Shown here piece by piece: positions 11,314-24,220 of a stretch of 64,000 bases of DNA; positions within the stretch are counted from its first letter, which is position 1, and every line of letters begins with the position of its first letter. Location: the NCBI GenBank assembly GCA_000934665.2, contig KZ538113.1, positions 1 through 64,000 of the forward strand, given 5' to 3'. The notes beneath the pieces are model-generated. The model had not been told where the DNA came from and made no database searches. It worked only from the letters and a program-made list of their open reading frames with translations. Origin of the DNA: Catajapyx aquilonaris (lineage: Eukaryota). A program made the translations under genes and the position numbers.

Positions 11314-14300
11314 CCTATGAGGTAGCCTATTAGCAACAATGTTGAACAATGGTGACAAACAGAAATGTTTATTAAATGAGCTAGACACACAGGAAGTGAA
11401 TGTTGTAGTCATGTTATGGACTAAAAATGGCGGCGGATGCGTTCGACACCAACTGTTCTAAGTTGCAATGGAACTCTTGCTTACAATTGTCGTTGAGAAG
11501 TTGAGCTGAATAAGTCTATATTGCGAATTGGGTACATGTGGACTCGGCACTCAACCGGACAGTAAACATTTGATGAGTCGCACACTGTCCTATATGCGGA
11601 AAATATTACGCCTATATTCCGCCAATATATCTACGGGATAATCGGGGTTAAAGGTCTTATTCCGTGTGTAATATTGATCGTGCTATTGTTAGAGGGATTA
11701 AGCACAGATGATTAGATAATTTTAGGACATATCCTGAATGATAATTAACTAGCACGTGGCATTGTACGTTTGTCAGTTCATGATTAATTATAATTTTTGT
11801 TCTTAAATGAGTCCGATGTGATAAATATCAGCCTTGTCTTGCAAAAAAAAAATCGCCGTTTTAAAGAAGCGTGAAACTTTCGGCCAGATATATTCAGCCC
11901 GGTCGCACAAAAAAAAATTGACCACAAAATGACATCATTATCAGTTACATCACAGTGCACAACAATACGTGGCGATTACCCGTAATTCACCATGACTATA
12001 ACTGCTATCAATTCCCTGCGCAGTCATTTATAAACTGTACAAGTAACGAAAGTTGGAGCGGCGCACAAATTTTTGTTGTTGTTGCAGCATCCGGGGCGAT
12101 ATATGATTTATTGCGCTTCGTAACATATGATTTGCGGTGCGCGTTGAATTATAGCCCGATAACCATTTACAGACAGGTCAATTTCTCTGCTCTCAGTTCT
12201 AATTCCCATTGACCTCATAATGTCCGGTTTTTACTCGCTGTTGCCTGCTGCAATTGGTTGTCACTAGAAAATGCATCGTGACTACAAAAACACTAAGACG
12301 TCCCAACTCTTTTGCTCTTCTTCCGGTCTGGAAGCGACCGAGACAAATCGCATCGTGACTATTCTCCGATTCCTTTTTTTTATGTTGCATCTTGAACAAG
12401 TGTTGGAGGATGGTTTTCTCTCTCTCTTCGGCCCATTCCTTTCAACTACACGAACTGGTTTGTTTTTTTTTCGTTTTCTTCCAATTACTCACACACACAC
12501 CCCCTTCAGAAACCGTCACACATGTTTTGTTGTTATCGAGAGTTGATCAATGCGAATGGGTGTTGAAGTCTTAAGGTGCCAAGGTGATTTAGCCGAGCCA
12601 ATGCCACATCGGATGAGCCGGTTAAATATTACCTGCTGGATAGTGTATGTATGGTTGCAGGTATGGACAGGATATAGTTTTTTTTCGTGACTTGAAAAAG
12701 TCGGGGGTGCATGACTCGGAAGTTGTTGTTGTTTGACGGTTTTGCAAAGGATGCGTGTTGAGACGGACACGACATGAAAACGTGTTTTGCTCTCGCGATT
12801 ATAACCGTATAGGCGTATACACCAGAATGGAGCGACCCTCGTATATTAGTTTTTAATCCAAAAAGTGGCAGCCCCTTACTTTATGCCCTAAGCAATTACA
12901 ACTATAACTTCACCAAGTTGCTGCACTTACTTGGGACAACTTCATAAAGATTACTGGTCGCCATAACACACCATGAACTGCATCCAAGGTGTAAATAAGG
13001 CATGAAACGATATATATTTTTTACTACAACCATTTTTGAAAAGTAGAACACACTGCCAGTGAAAACCACTCAATCAGTTGGACTAAGTGGCCTGGTTTTT
13101 CGAGTTTCTCCATATAGGCAGAAGGGTGGTGCACTGCCCAGAAGAAGTTACGGATTGTTCACTCCAGCAACCAGCTCTTAAACGACAAACAACAGACACT
13201 ACAGGCAGGAGAATTAGGCTTCTCATTAAACTGGTATATAAATTACATATGGTTATATTGATGGAATTTTTTTATTTTATTCCACTAAAACATGACTCGA
13301 TGTAACGAAGGCCGTTGCAAACACATCTCATTGAATAGTAACCACAAATTGCGGAGCATTTTAAATATTAAAAAACTTGCTATTTTCGAGACCCGTACCA
13401 TAAAAATTCATGGCAACATATTGTCGTAATAATAATGGTCTGCCCTTGAAAAAGGAAGCCCAAATAATCATCTGATTACATGTTGCAGTAGTTGCAGGAA
13501 GGACGAGAGCAAATTGGTGGGGTAAAAAAATGTCAACTTTTGTTCATTCATGTCATATCGGATCTACTTTAGGGGCAAAAAAAAATGCGTGTACATTTTT
13601 GAGTAATTACGTATAGGCGAAAAATTCAGGAAAACGCAATGATTTTTAAAAAATAATAATAATAAAGGTGCAGTGCGACTGACGCGGTGGTCATTCTTAG
13701 TGAACTCCCCCGGGTGGTTTAGTCTGTAGGAAATACCACCCAAGACGAAGCCAGAGGTGACCCTGAACTCTGCACGTGATTAAAAAAAAACAATTGCACA
13801 CTTTTCCTCCATTTCCATTTCTGCATCTTACATGTATAGATCAGCAAGTCTGTCCGTATGTTTATGTCCCTCATACCTAACCCACTTCCGGACTACTGAG
13901 CACATTGATGGCTTACCTCAAAAGTCTGAAAATCGCACTTTTTGTAATCTAAATACCATAAAATTTATGCTAATATTTTCTCTAGCATTGTGACCAATAA
14001 AACTATCATTACAATGTAACCCAACGAAACAATCATCAATGAACATCACATCGTGTCTTAATTAACACAAGAAAATGATGATAATGAGCAGCTTACGGTT
14101 CAAATCGAATTACAGCACAAAACCGGTACCGTTTGCCTCAAATGGTCCTACTGACCCAATGGCCCAGAATATTCGGAGAGGGGGGGAGGACTCCTCGCGA
14201 ATATATATAATATATTTTTTGCTAACCCAACCGACAAGTTTACACAGCTTCCCATAAAGCAGCAGCAAAAAGGAAGCTTTAAAACTCCTCCTCCCAAACA

Positions 14301-17300
14301 CCAACCTTGCATCGAGCATGTGTCGTGAGAACCTGCAATTACTAGGATATCGTGGCTTTTTTTTTTTAACCAACCTCGTGCTCCGGGTGTTGCTCGCCCA
14401 TGATTGATTGCTCGCAAAACCGCTTCAGGTTTGATGGAAGGTGAGAGTTGATGCTCGCCAAAATATATGCAAAAAAAAACAAAACATATATATGGGAGAA
14501 AGCGGCACGAGCTCATTCAGAAACTGTGTCCTTGAAACTTCCAAAATAAAGTATGAATTGAACAAATTAGATGTGCTTCTAATCTGGACAATACAAAGGT
14601 GGTCGTCCGTGAACTTGTTGTGTCAGCCAGTTATGACACTTGCACCGGTGAAAACTGGAAAATGACAGAAAGCATATGCGGAAATGAGATCTTTTGGTCT
14701 GATATTTATCTCCTTAAGTATGTTGTTTAAGGGGGAAAGAAAAAGTGTTTCAAATCTTGTCAGACACACACACAAAAAAGAAGAGGGGGCGGAAAGAAAT
14801 GGCAAGTAACGCCTAACATTTAAAGTCTCTCTTTTTGTGCCGTTGAATGCCGCCAAGTGTGTGCGCATATGTTAATGGATTTTTCTTTTGAGAAGAAAAA
14901 GTGCGGCAGGGGTCAAAATGTGAAGTCTGGTCCATGGGAGATATCGCATGCAGTTATCTCGTTCACACACACACACACACACAAAACCTGTCCATAAGTA
15001 AGGAAATGAAACTCATGTACACACTACGGGCTATTTACACCATTGCCATGTATTTCTAATGCAAACAGCCCGTACTTATATCATTCAACACTTACAAACT
15101 ACGTACCAATCACTGTGGAAAATAAACTTGCGGATGATAAAAGTTTGCAATTTATTTCAAACAGTGCCAGCTATCCGACCAAGCAAGTGCTTTTTATATC
15201 ATTGTCCCTTTTTTTGTCATATATATATTTATATTATTTATATAATATACACACACATCCGCACCCACACACACATAAAAACAGGGGACGTTGAGTCCCC
15301 TTAAGTGCAATGTGCATAGAATCATCGAGAGTTGGGGGGTGATAAATGCGGAAAGGTTTAGTGTGACTTGCACTTCATTCTCCGCACACTGCTCACATGT
15401 CCAAAATAACAGTGAAAGATATATATTATGGAAAAAAAAAATGTCTGGTGTTACACACAAATCGCCCTTCATCGCTTTATCTCTCTCTCACTCACTCATT
15501 GTTGGGAACTACCAAAGTGTTGCTGAAACCATAGGAGAAAAACCTCTTTAAAAAAAAATTACTCACTGCACGACACGTGGAAAGCGTCCAGGCAATAGTG
15601 TGAAAGGTATAAATATTTTTATGTTTTAATATTTTGAAATCAACAAACAACAATCCAAAAAAAAAAAAAAAGTACCAAAGAACAGCAAACGTAAAATGGT
15701 TAAGTACAGGTAAATGAAAACAGACTTGATTCTCAAGAGTCGCCATCTCACTGCTTGCAAAAAACAGTATCGTATAACAACACCAATTATTTTCCATTAT
15801 AGTCTATTAGGGTGCATCATAAGTTCAAAAAGTGTTCTCAATGAACTAGCATTGTCATGGAGGAACTCCTACCCTTTGCAAGCTCTGTATACATAGTAGT
15901 GTTGAGAGCGTCTGAAATACATTTAAGCTACTTTTTTTTTCTCCTCATGATAATTACTTTTTTTTTGGGATACAGTTAATGGTCAGGATTAAGTATTAAG
16001 TATCGACTTGAAAATACCAACAAGGAAAAGTTCTGTCGTTGAACGTGACATGTTTTCCAAAAAAAAACGAAAAAAACATCCCCCCCAATTGCACACTAGA
16101 CGTCCAGTTATAACAAAGTGTGCGGCGTCTTCAAAAACAGCGTCTCTGCAGAGTAAAAAGGCACAAACTTTGGCATTTCCATCCAAATACTTCCTATCAC
16201 ATGGTTGGAAAACGAGACAAAGAGCTACTCTCACAAGTACCGATACAATATGTTGTGACTTTTTAAAATATATCCCACTCAACTAAGGAGGAAAGGCACA
16301 TAAATAAGTAAAACACAATAACCATGTAACAGTGATTTAAAAAAAAGAGGCTTATATAACACTCTTTTGCCCCACATCATCCTTGAGCCGACTCGAGTTT
16401 CCAACTACAATTCTCAGACAACCCGTCCCTTCTAAAACACTCATCTTCACATATGTTCTCGAAACTATTAAAAAAAAACATGGCTTGATATCATTCTCAA
16501 CTAATACGTACAAGATACAGTGTCAAAGTTTTCATGGGAGACGTCTCAACTTAGGAAGACATGTGGAGGACTGAATAAGTTTTTTTTATATATATGTACT
16601 AGCGATGGTGTGTAAGACCCACCCTTTTATAACATGCAAACTACAAAAAAAGCTGGTTGTTTCAGCTCCTTAAAAATACCCAGGTAAGCATGTCTCATTT
16701 TTCGATTTAATTCGTGATTTAAGTACACACAACTTGTGAGTCGAGTCGATCGACTGCAACTCAAAAATGTAGTACACTGGCCAGTCTTTTTCTGTTGTAT
16801 TTTCTTTTTCTTTTTTTTGCGCTTCATATAACAAGAAATACTGCACCATTAGTTGGTAGTAAACAATAAAGAAAAACTTGTCTCTTTGAAACCTGGAAGA
16901 ACTGTTGGAAACTGTCAAGTTTGGCAATTACAAATTGATAAAAAGTTTGAAGATAAGAAGGAGAGGAATTGCGTTTTTTTTTTTTCTTTCTCAATATGTT
17001 GGCACTCCAATACTTTTAGTTTAGTAGTATTGAAAATATTAATACTTGTAAAAATTCAGGTTACAGGTCTGTTACCCCACCATACACAAGCAAAAATTCT
17101 ACCGCAAATATAACCCGATTATAGTACACCTTTTGCGCTGCAGCAGTACGCACGAAAAAAAACAATTTACATGATTTCACACAGGTTTAAAAACATAGCC
17201 GTTTGAACAATCGCAGCGGGAGAATACATCAGGTATTGCCCAGCATTTTCGACACCACTGGCACAAGAGTTTACCGAGTTAATAATCTGGATTTCTTTAC

Positions 17301-18445
17301 AACAACTTGCAACAACCCATGCAAGTTGGATTAAAATGAACAGCAATTACGTTGTGCTTGCAACAGCAAAGGCACTACCAGATATATCAGATTTTTTTTT
17401 TTTTCTTTTCCTACCATGAATCATTTTGATTTAAGTAGAGGAAAAAGGACAAGGGCAGGGATTTTTCGGTGCCAGAGGCTTCCTGAGTGCCTTCATATAA
17501 CAACGATACAAAATAAAACTTTTGAATCCCCAACAATAACAGTTGAACATTTCACAATGATAAGACCAACCAGACTGAAGAAGAAGAAGAAGAAACCAAG
17601 ACAGACAAGGTTCGCAGCCTTCTCAAATAATAACGAACGACAAAAGATAATTTTCATAGTAGCCCCTAATAACGGAAATTCCAAATTATTAACTCAAAGC
17701 ACACTTTGTTTAGAAATTAACGAGAAAACTCTACAAGTGAGGTAACATTCTCATCACTCATGAACACTGATATCAATTAACGTCTGATCCATTTTTGCAA
17801 AAAACAAGCTGCTAGCATTAAATTTTTACAGCAGCATCTATTCTTTAATTGGGCATTACTTGTATTTTTTTCCCCCCCTTGCAGTGAAAACAAATCACAG
17901 TGAAATTGATGTTAAGACGTCATTGTACTTGACCTATGTACTGTATATTCGAACACTTTTTTTTATTTTTTCATAATATATTTTTTTTAAAGAGCGAGTT
18001 TTTTTTTTTTTCATTGTATCCAAAGTGAAATTTGATATTTAAAGAGCTCTTGCAGAGTTGATTAGAAATGCTCACACCCAAAAAACCGCATTCACACGAA
18101 AAAACCATAACAAAAAATTAACCCTCCACCTAAGAAAAAAGTTATCAACAAATTCATAACAAGAAACAGGTTCGCAAATATGCCTGTTCCGTCCATAAAC
18201 AATCTAGAAAAAGTCGAGTCTGTTAGCAAGTTAATAATTCATGGGGGGGATATTATGTACAATTCGCAAGGATTACAAACAATGAGAACTGACGCTGTCA
18301 GTTACAAATTTGCATTTGATGCTTCCAGAGCATGACTCGACTTTTAAGAGCAAAGGTGTTTTACCAACTCGAGTTTGGCTAAGTACCCCGGCGGGGGGGG
18401 AAAATTAAGATCATTTTTTAAATCTCGATATAACCAACTCCCCTA

Positions 18446-18715
18446 TCACTTTTTAAGTTTTAAGAGAGACTTGAGTTGCTCCTGTGCTTTGAGGAATGGT
18501 GCTGAGCCGGCCACACCACTCTTCGGATCAGCTTCCAGGTGGCTGGGAGGCAAATGAATCTGAAGGGGATCCCTCAGGCGGCGCAGGTCGGCCTCTAGTC
18601 TCGCAATTCCATCCTTCAGCTGGTTGTACGTGTTAATGTCCAATCCAGATTTGCGGGCCTTCTTGTGCAGCTCTATTAGATACTGCCGGTCTTTCACGTC
18701 GGGAAGGAGGTATTC
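18446..18715 (-). CDS. MCU: MCU last coding exon, juxtamembrane loop, coiled coil 2 and C-terminal tail (EYLLPDVKDRQYL...LRRLRDPLQIHLPP...LLKLKK*)
   Basis: MCU motifs EY..P...DRQYL and YNQLKD.IA..E.DL.RLRDPL..HLP. Acceptor ctttttcag in phase 0; stop TGA followed by TAG. Confidence 0.96.
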   Translation of the reverse strand, partial: EYLLPDVKDRQYLIELHKKARKSGLDINTYNQLKDGIARLEADLRRLRDPLQIHLPPSHLEADPKSGVAGSAPFLKAQEQLKSLLKLKK

Positions 18716-19960
18716 CTGAAAAAGCCAATTTGGTCAGGCAGGTGTCTCAATATGAACAATTAAAATATCTGGGAGGAAACAACTGTACTAAACGTCAAGC
18801 AATCCTGTGTAATGTGGCCATAAGCATAAAGTAACGCCAAGTAACCAATATTACCCTCAAATTCAGAAAATCAGCAAATCTGCATAATATTCCTGTCGAA
18901 TACATCCTTCAAAATAATGCTACATCATGATGTGGCTTGAAGATCAATGCATTTGATGTATAATTTTTGCTAAAACGATATCAACATGTAAATGTATTGC
19001 ATGTAGTGCACATCATATGCTTCTTACATTGTTATTCTGCTGTGATTATGATCATTCTGGGTACTTGGTACAATCTATTAATAGAATCCACTTAATTTCA
19101 CATCCTACATATTTCAATGAATTTTATGAGATTCTCAAGCTAATTAGATTAGATGGTGGAGTCTAGATGAAGCCGAAGCAAACATCTGGAATATGTGAAA
19201 CTGTAATGTAATTAAATGGATTCCACTGGATAACAAAGTGTCTCTCTCTCTGGGCACTTTTGCTTTAGCTGTGCAATTCTCAGTCATTAATTAGACGCAG
19301 GAAACTTCCTGAGTAATTAGCATAGTAGTAAATTGCAGGTGGAGCTACAAGTGCTCAATGCACTTTGTGTCAATACTGTCTGTAGGCAAATTCACATTTA
19401 CACTACTAATTACTCCTCCTCTGGTGAAATATTACGTGCAGTAAGTAGCACACTTTACATAGGATTTTCCTGCATGGTCAGCCGAGGTATTATGTTCCAT
19501 CAGATTTACATCAAGGCCTAATATATCTGCAAGTTTCGTGCAGCTATCAGTCCTTGCTGTTTGCATAATTACACCTTGCTAATTGTTCAAAAGCCTCCAC
19601 TTGAGAAGCCCTTCAATAGTGCATGTGCTGCAGGGCAGAAGTTAAGATGAATTATGCTTTTGGCCACGAGGCCAGCACACAGCTTGTGACTGACCTTACA
19701 AATATGTTCATCATGTCATTACCCCAAACGACAAAAGCGCTGTTTAGGAAAACGTGTGGCTTCAATTCATCTGCAACCTTTCACCTCGGCTGCCATTCAT
19801 CATATTGCCACACACCATGATAATGTGCTTCTGACATCACCAATTTGCATAACAGTACATCTAATAATTATCAAGTACTCTGGTGATGTCAGTCACACCT
19901 TACTTTCTACTATCTGCATAAGTAATAAGGAGAGCATTATGGAAAAATATATTCACAAAC

Positions 19961-20164
19961 CTGTCTTGCAAGTACAAAGTATGCATAGCCAGCCATGGCA
20001 GTTCCGTAAGTCACAAAGTAAGTCACCGGCTCCATGATATCCCAGGAATACTCCCACCAGGTGAGTCGGGCCAGGATTCCAAACTGAACTGACATGAGTC
20101 CCAGACCTACCCATGTTAGGACATTGGTGCGCCTCTCTGCCATCTCGGCCAGCTCTTGCTTCTT
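19961..20164 (-). CDS. MCU: MCU coding exon, TM1 - WDIMEP selectivity filter - TM2
   Basis: [28 protein letters not shown] is the diagnostic MCU pore signature. Acceptor ttttcag, donor CAG|GTTTGT; 204 nt, phase 0-0. Confidence 0.98.
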
Positions 20165-21110
20165 CTGAAAATTTCAACACTCCCATTAAAATCACATCAG
20201 TTTCAACGTGCAGCATATTAGACATGGACTGATGCCAGTTTGGGGCGGAAGCCTTAAAAAACTCAAGGGGTATAGAACAGGAAAATGGCTTTTCAGAGAG
20301 CTGTTTATTTTTGAAGCTTGAAAAATTTGGGTTACTTTGGCAGTGTAATGCACATGTCACAAACTTTGGACTTCTTTAAAGCTACAGCTAATGTATGTGC
20401 CAGTCTTCATTAGAGTAGAACTTTCACTCTTCATTTTTAAATGGGCAGAAAGAGCCACAGGGTGAAAATTTTAATGCCTCTTGCCAAACGCACTGACACA
20501 CAGTAAAGCATGTACAGTATGTCACTCTTTGCATTGTTACCAAGAATTTTTATAGACCACTGAGATATTTGTAATGAGTGATGTGAAAGTGGAACTCTTG
20601 GAATTCAGAACATGCACTTTGTTCTTCCTGAGTTTATAAAGTGTCCAGACCATTTAAAAATCTGAGGCAACCCATGCAGATATCAGATTTCCTTAAATAA
20701 CTAAGTAGGCCCATGTATACTGCATCAAACATATGTATGACCATTATCATATATAATTCATCACAACATACTTCGCATTAAAAATTGGTGAAAGGATTAT
20801 TCCGAACTAATGTATGCATTCAATCACTCATTACGAATCAACAAAAGCTGCCTTAATTATTACAAGGGTACAGTACAACGAAGCGACAGTGCATTTCACA
20901 TGCTAAAGAGAATCAATATTTTTTTCCCCTCGCATTGAAATAATGCACCTTGCAGCTGCAGTATAATTTGTGGCAACATGAAACAGCTTTGCCTACAGTA
21001 TATTATGGAACAATATACTGTAGCTTGACTTACAAAATGTTTACCGGCCTTTAATAAGGTGCGGCTCAAGCCTTCCTTATTACCTGCACTTAATTAGGAA
21101 ATGTACCCAC

Positions 21111-21376
21111 CTTTTCTAACGGCTCTAATTGCACCTTCAGTTCTTCAAGCTGTGTACAAATCTCCCTTTCCTTTATCAGCTGGTGCTCCTCTATGTTAAG
21201 TGCTTCGTACAGTTGGCTCACTAGGTTCCTAACGTCAGATAACCTCTGCATCTCCTCTTTTGTTACCCGCTCCTGCTGCGGTGTCTTCACTCGATACACT
21301 CGATCGTTGATGACTAGATTAAAGTCGTGCTCCATGAGGATTTCGATTGTGCTAGACGACGCTATCCGGGTCCCAT
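21111..21376 (-). CDS. MCU: MCU coding exon, end of N-terminal domain and coiled coil 1 (DGTRIASSSTIEILMEHDFNLVIND...QLEPLEK)
   Basis: MCU motifs DF.LVIND, LSDVRNLVSQLYEALNIEEHQL, QLEPLE. Acceptor ctccttttgcag, donor AAG|GTGGGT; 266 nt, phase 1-0. Confidence 0.96.
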
Positions 21377-21468
21377 CTGCAAAAGGAGAATGCGAGTCAA
21401 TCAAGAGTTTTAGCCTCTTCTACAGGGTGCAACTTGAACGCTAACAATTCACAGGCTGTGCCAGTGTT

Positions 21469-22160
21469 TTGACTACAGATAGTGACAGTGTCTGTACGTT
21501 TGTAGGTATAGTTAACTACAGATGGCGACAGTGCTACTGTACATTTCTTTGCAGTTAACTACAGATAGCGCCAGTGTTTCCGTATATTTTCTACATTTAA
21601 CTACAGATGGCGACAGTGTTTGTATGTTTTCTACATTTAACTACAGATGGCGACAGTGTTTGTACGTTTTCTATGTTTAACAACAGATGGCGACAGTGTT
21701 TTTGTACGTTTCTCTGCAGTTAACTACAGATGTCGCCAGTGTCTGCACGTTTTCTATATTTAACAACAGATGTCGCCAGTGTCTCTGTATGTTTTCTACA
21801 TTTAACTACATATGGCGACAGTGTTTCTGTACGTTTTCTACATTTAACAACAGATGTCGCCAGTGTCTCTGTATGTTTTCTACATTTAACTACAGATGGC
21901 GACAGTGTTTGTACGTTTTCTATGTTTAACAACAGATGTCGCCAGTGTACGTTTTCTACATTTAACTACAGATGGCGACTGTGTTGCTGTATGTTTTATA
22001 CATTTAACTACAGATGGCGACAGTGTTTCTGTACGTTTCTCAGCAGTTAACTACAGATGTCGCCAGTGTCTCTCTATGTTTTCTACATTTAACTACAGAT
22101 GGCGACAGTGTTTCTGTACATTTCTCTGCAGTTAACTACAGATGGCGACAGTGTCTCTGT
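21469..22160. repeat. ~40-43-bp minisatellite (17 units) filling an MCU intron
   Basis: Unit ttaactacagatggcgacagtgtttctgtacgttttctacat, with a variant core cagatgtcgccagtg. Confidence 0.95.
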
Positions 22161-22241
22161 GATTCATCTGAAGGTGACGACAGTAAGCACTTAGTACATC
22201 TGAAGTAGAAAATAAAAGGAAGTAATCTATCGTGTTCAAAC

Positions 22242-22412
22242 CGGGAGCCTTGACAGCAACTCGATCCACGCCCCGATCTTCGAGCTGGATCATGCGGAGA
22301 AAGTCGCCGACGGTGTGCGTGACAGGCCGAAGTGTGAAGCGACACATTTCTCGTCGAGACGGAAGAGGAATTGTCACCTGAGGCAGGCCCCTGAAGTACA
22401 CCACAGTCACTT
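22242..22412 (-). CDS. MCU: MCU coding exon, N-terminal domain (EVTVVYFRGLPQVTIPLPSRREMCRFTLRPVTHTVGDFLRMIQLEDRGVDRVAVKAP)
   Basis: Recognisable MCU N-terminal domain (LPSRRE.C.FTL.P, EDRG.DRVA). Acceptor tttcag, donor G|GTTTGA; 171 nt, phase 1-1. Confidence 0.95.
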
Positions 22413-24053
22413 CTGAAATCACAAAAAAAAGGAGGCACATTAGACGTTACAAAAGAAAATTTTCGAGCCAACAACATAAATCACTCCAAATTAAACCACC
22501 CCGTGGCTCAAATGAGACTTAAAAAATTACTCTTTTTTTCCTCTCTCTCTCCCCTGATTTCACTCGTACACAAAAGTCTATAGGGAAAAGCCCCCCCAAA
22601 AAAGTCTGATTTTCTACCCACTCCCTCTGGCTCCGCATTAATTAATTAAAGTGGCAGCGACAACCAGGTAATGAATTTAATCGCCGCCGCCGTTCATTAG
22701 TTCTTCTCTTCGCGCCTGGGACCTTCCCTCCAGTCCGCAGACTCCCAAGCACGAAGAGCTGTCAACATTTGGAGGCTGCCCGAGAGAGCTAGATTCCTTT
22801 TAAACTAGGTCGTGTGTGTATTCAAAGCTTCCCATACATCACTTGGATAGACAAGCTCGAGACGTGTACATATGACAACACCGGCATCTTGTCACGGACC
22901 ACTGACGACGACACCTGATTTTTGCATGACCCAGTAGTACAGACACCGGTACTTCAAAACGTGCGGATTTTCTTCCTGCATTTTTTTTGGCACAGTCCAA
23001 CCTTTCCCTCCCACCCAAAAAAAAACATTTTTTCCTCCCAATCACTCGCGAATTGGACTCAACCCCCGGGGTGTCCCGCTAGATTGGAAGGTGCAAAAAA
23101 AAATTGCGACTGTCCGCCACAGGGTTCGCAATTTGTTCCATCTTTAGTCGCAAAAAAAAAATGAGGACCAAGCTTTCTCTCCAGGCTCCTTATTCCTAGC
23201 AATAAAACCATTCGCAATGCAAAGAAAGCCCCACCCATTAATTACATAGGGTGACGCATAGCCCAAGTCGCAAATTGTTCTCCCTAGCAACCATCTCAAA
23301 GCTGGGAGGCAAGTTGTGTGCTTGAGCAATGAGCCACCCTGCGTTAAAAGTCACCTGAATTCCATGCAGTCAAACAGAGCGAATCTTCATGAACACACTT
23401 GAACTTCTAATTTTTTTAAGCAAAAAGGGGGATTTTGGGCGTGAAATTTTCAAAGGGCGCCTACATTTTTTTTTTAGTCGTCTAACTTTCGCGAGAACCT
23501 GTGAAACCGTGTACAGTATATGTTCAAAACCGTATTAAATTACTCATCAATTATTTTCTACCGCAACTTCCTAGCCCGGCCAGACGAATTAATGGCTGAC
23601 GTCGTTAACCTTTAGTCACGAAAGCTTCCCAGATTTGTTTGAGTAAACAGATTAAGGGCCCGGGGAATTTGATGGCGAGGGGGGGGGGGGGGNCTGGGGG
23701 GGCTTTCTAGTGTTCACAAGACATGCAAATGAGTCCCCGATTACCATGAATAATTATTATAACAATAATGAGGAGGAGGAGGAGGAGGAGGGAAAAAAAT
23801 TGTCCGGTTCTGATTCGTGCAATCACGACACTTTTTGTTTGTTTATTTATTGATTTTTTAAAATTAATATCAAAGGCTTTGTTCTAGTGAAGTCACGCAA
23901 TCATCCGCAGTCAGCATTTCGGCAATTACATAATTTGGTAAAAAGTGAATCGGTCCATTTACTCTCGGAAAATATTTCTCTCGTGCAATTGTGTTCCAAT
24001 TTTTCTATTTATCATTCGTTACTTATCAACTAATTATGTTTCGGTTTATTATA

Positions 24054-24220
24054 CAATTGAATCCGGATATAACAGACTCGAAAGACTGGCTCCCCCCATA
24101 CTTCCATACATGGCCTGTGCATTTGGCTATAACATACCTCGGTTATAACAGTCCCAGTTATAACAGTTACCGTATAACAGTCCGTAGTCCCATGAAGTCT
24201 GTTACATCCATATTCAACTG
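24054..24220. mobile_element. pogo/Tigger-like (Tc1/mariner superfamily) MITE
   Basis: TA|CAATTGAATCCGGATATAACAGAC...GTCTGTTACATCCATATTCAACTG|TA; termini related to 56084-56528. Confidence 0.7.

Noticed and set aside
11385..11510. CAGGAAGTG plus AAAATGGCGGCGG, resembling a housekeeping promoter or start codon
   Set aside because: The ORF stops after 25 codons and no downstream exons could be linked; could be transposon debris.
18443..18448. Possible stop-codon readthrough of MCU
   Set aside because: TGA is immediately followed by TAG.
21469..22208. CRISPR-like or repeat-protein reading of the ~42-bp array
   Set aside because: The spacers are copies of each other, there are no cas genes, and the array lies in a spliceosomal intron.
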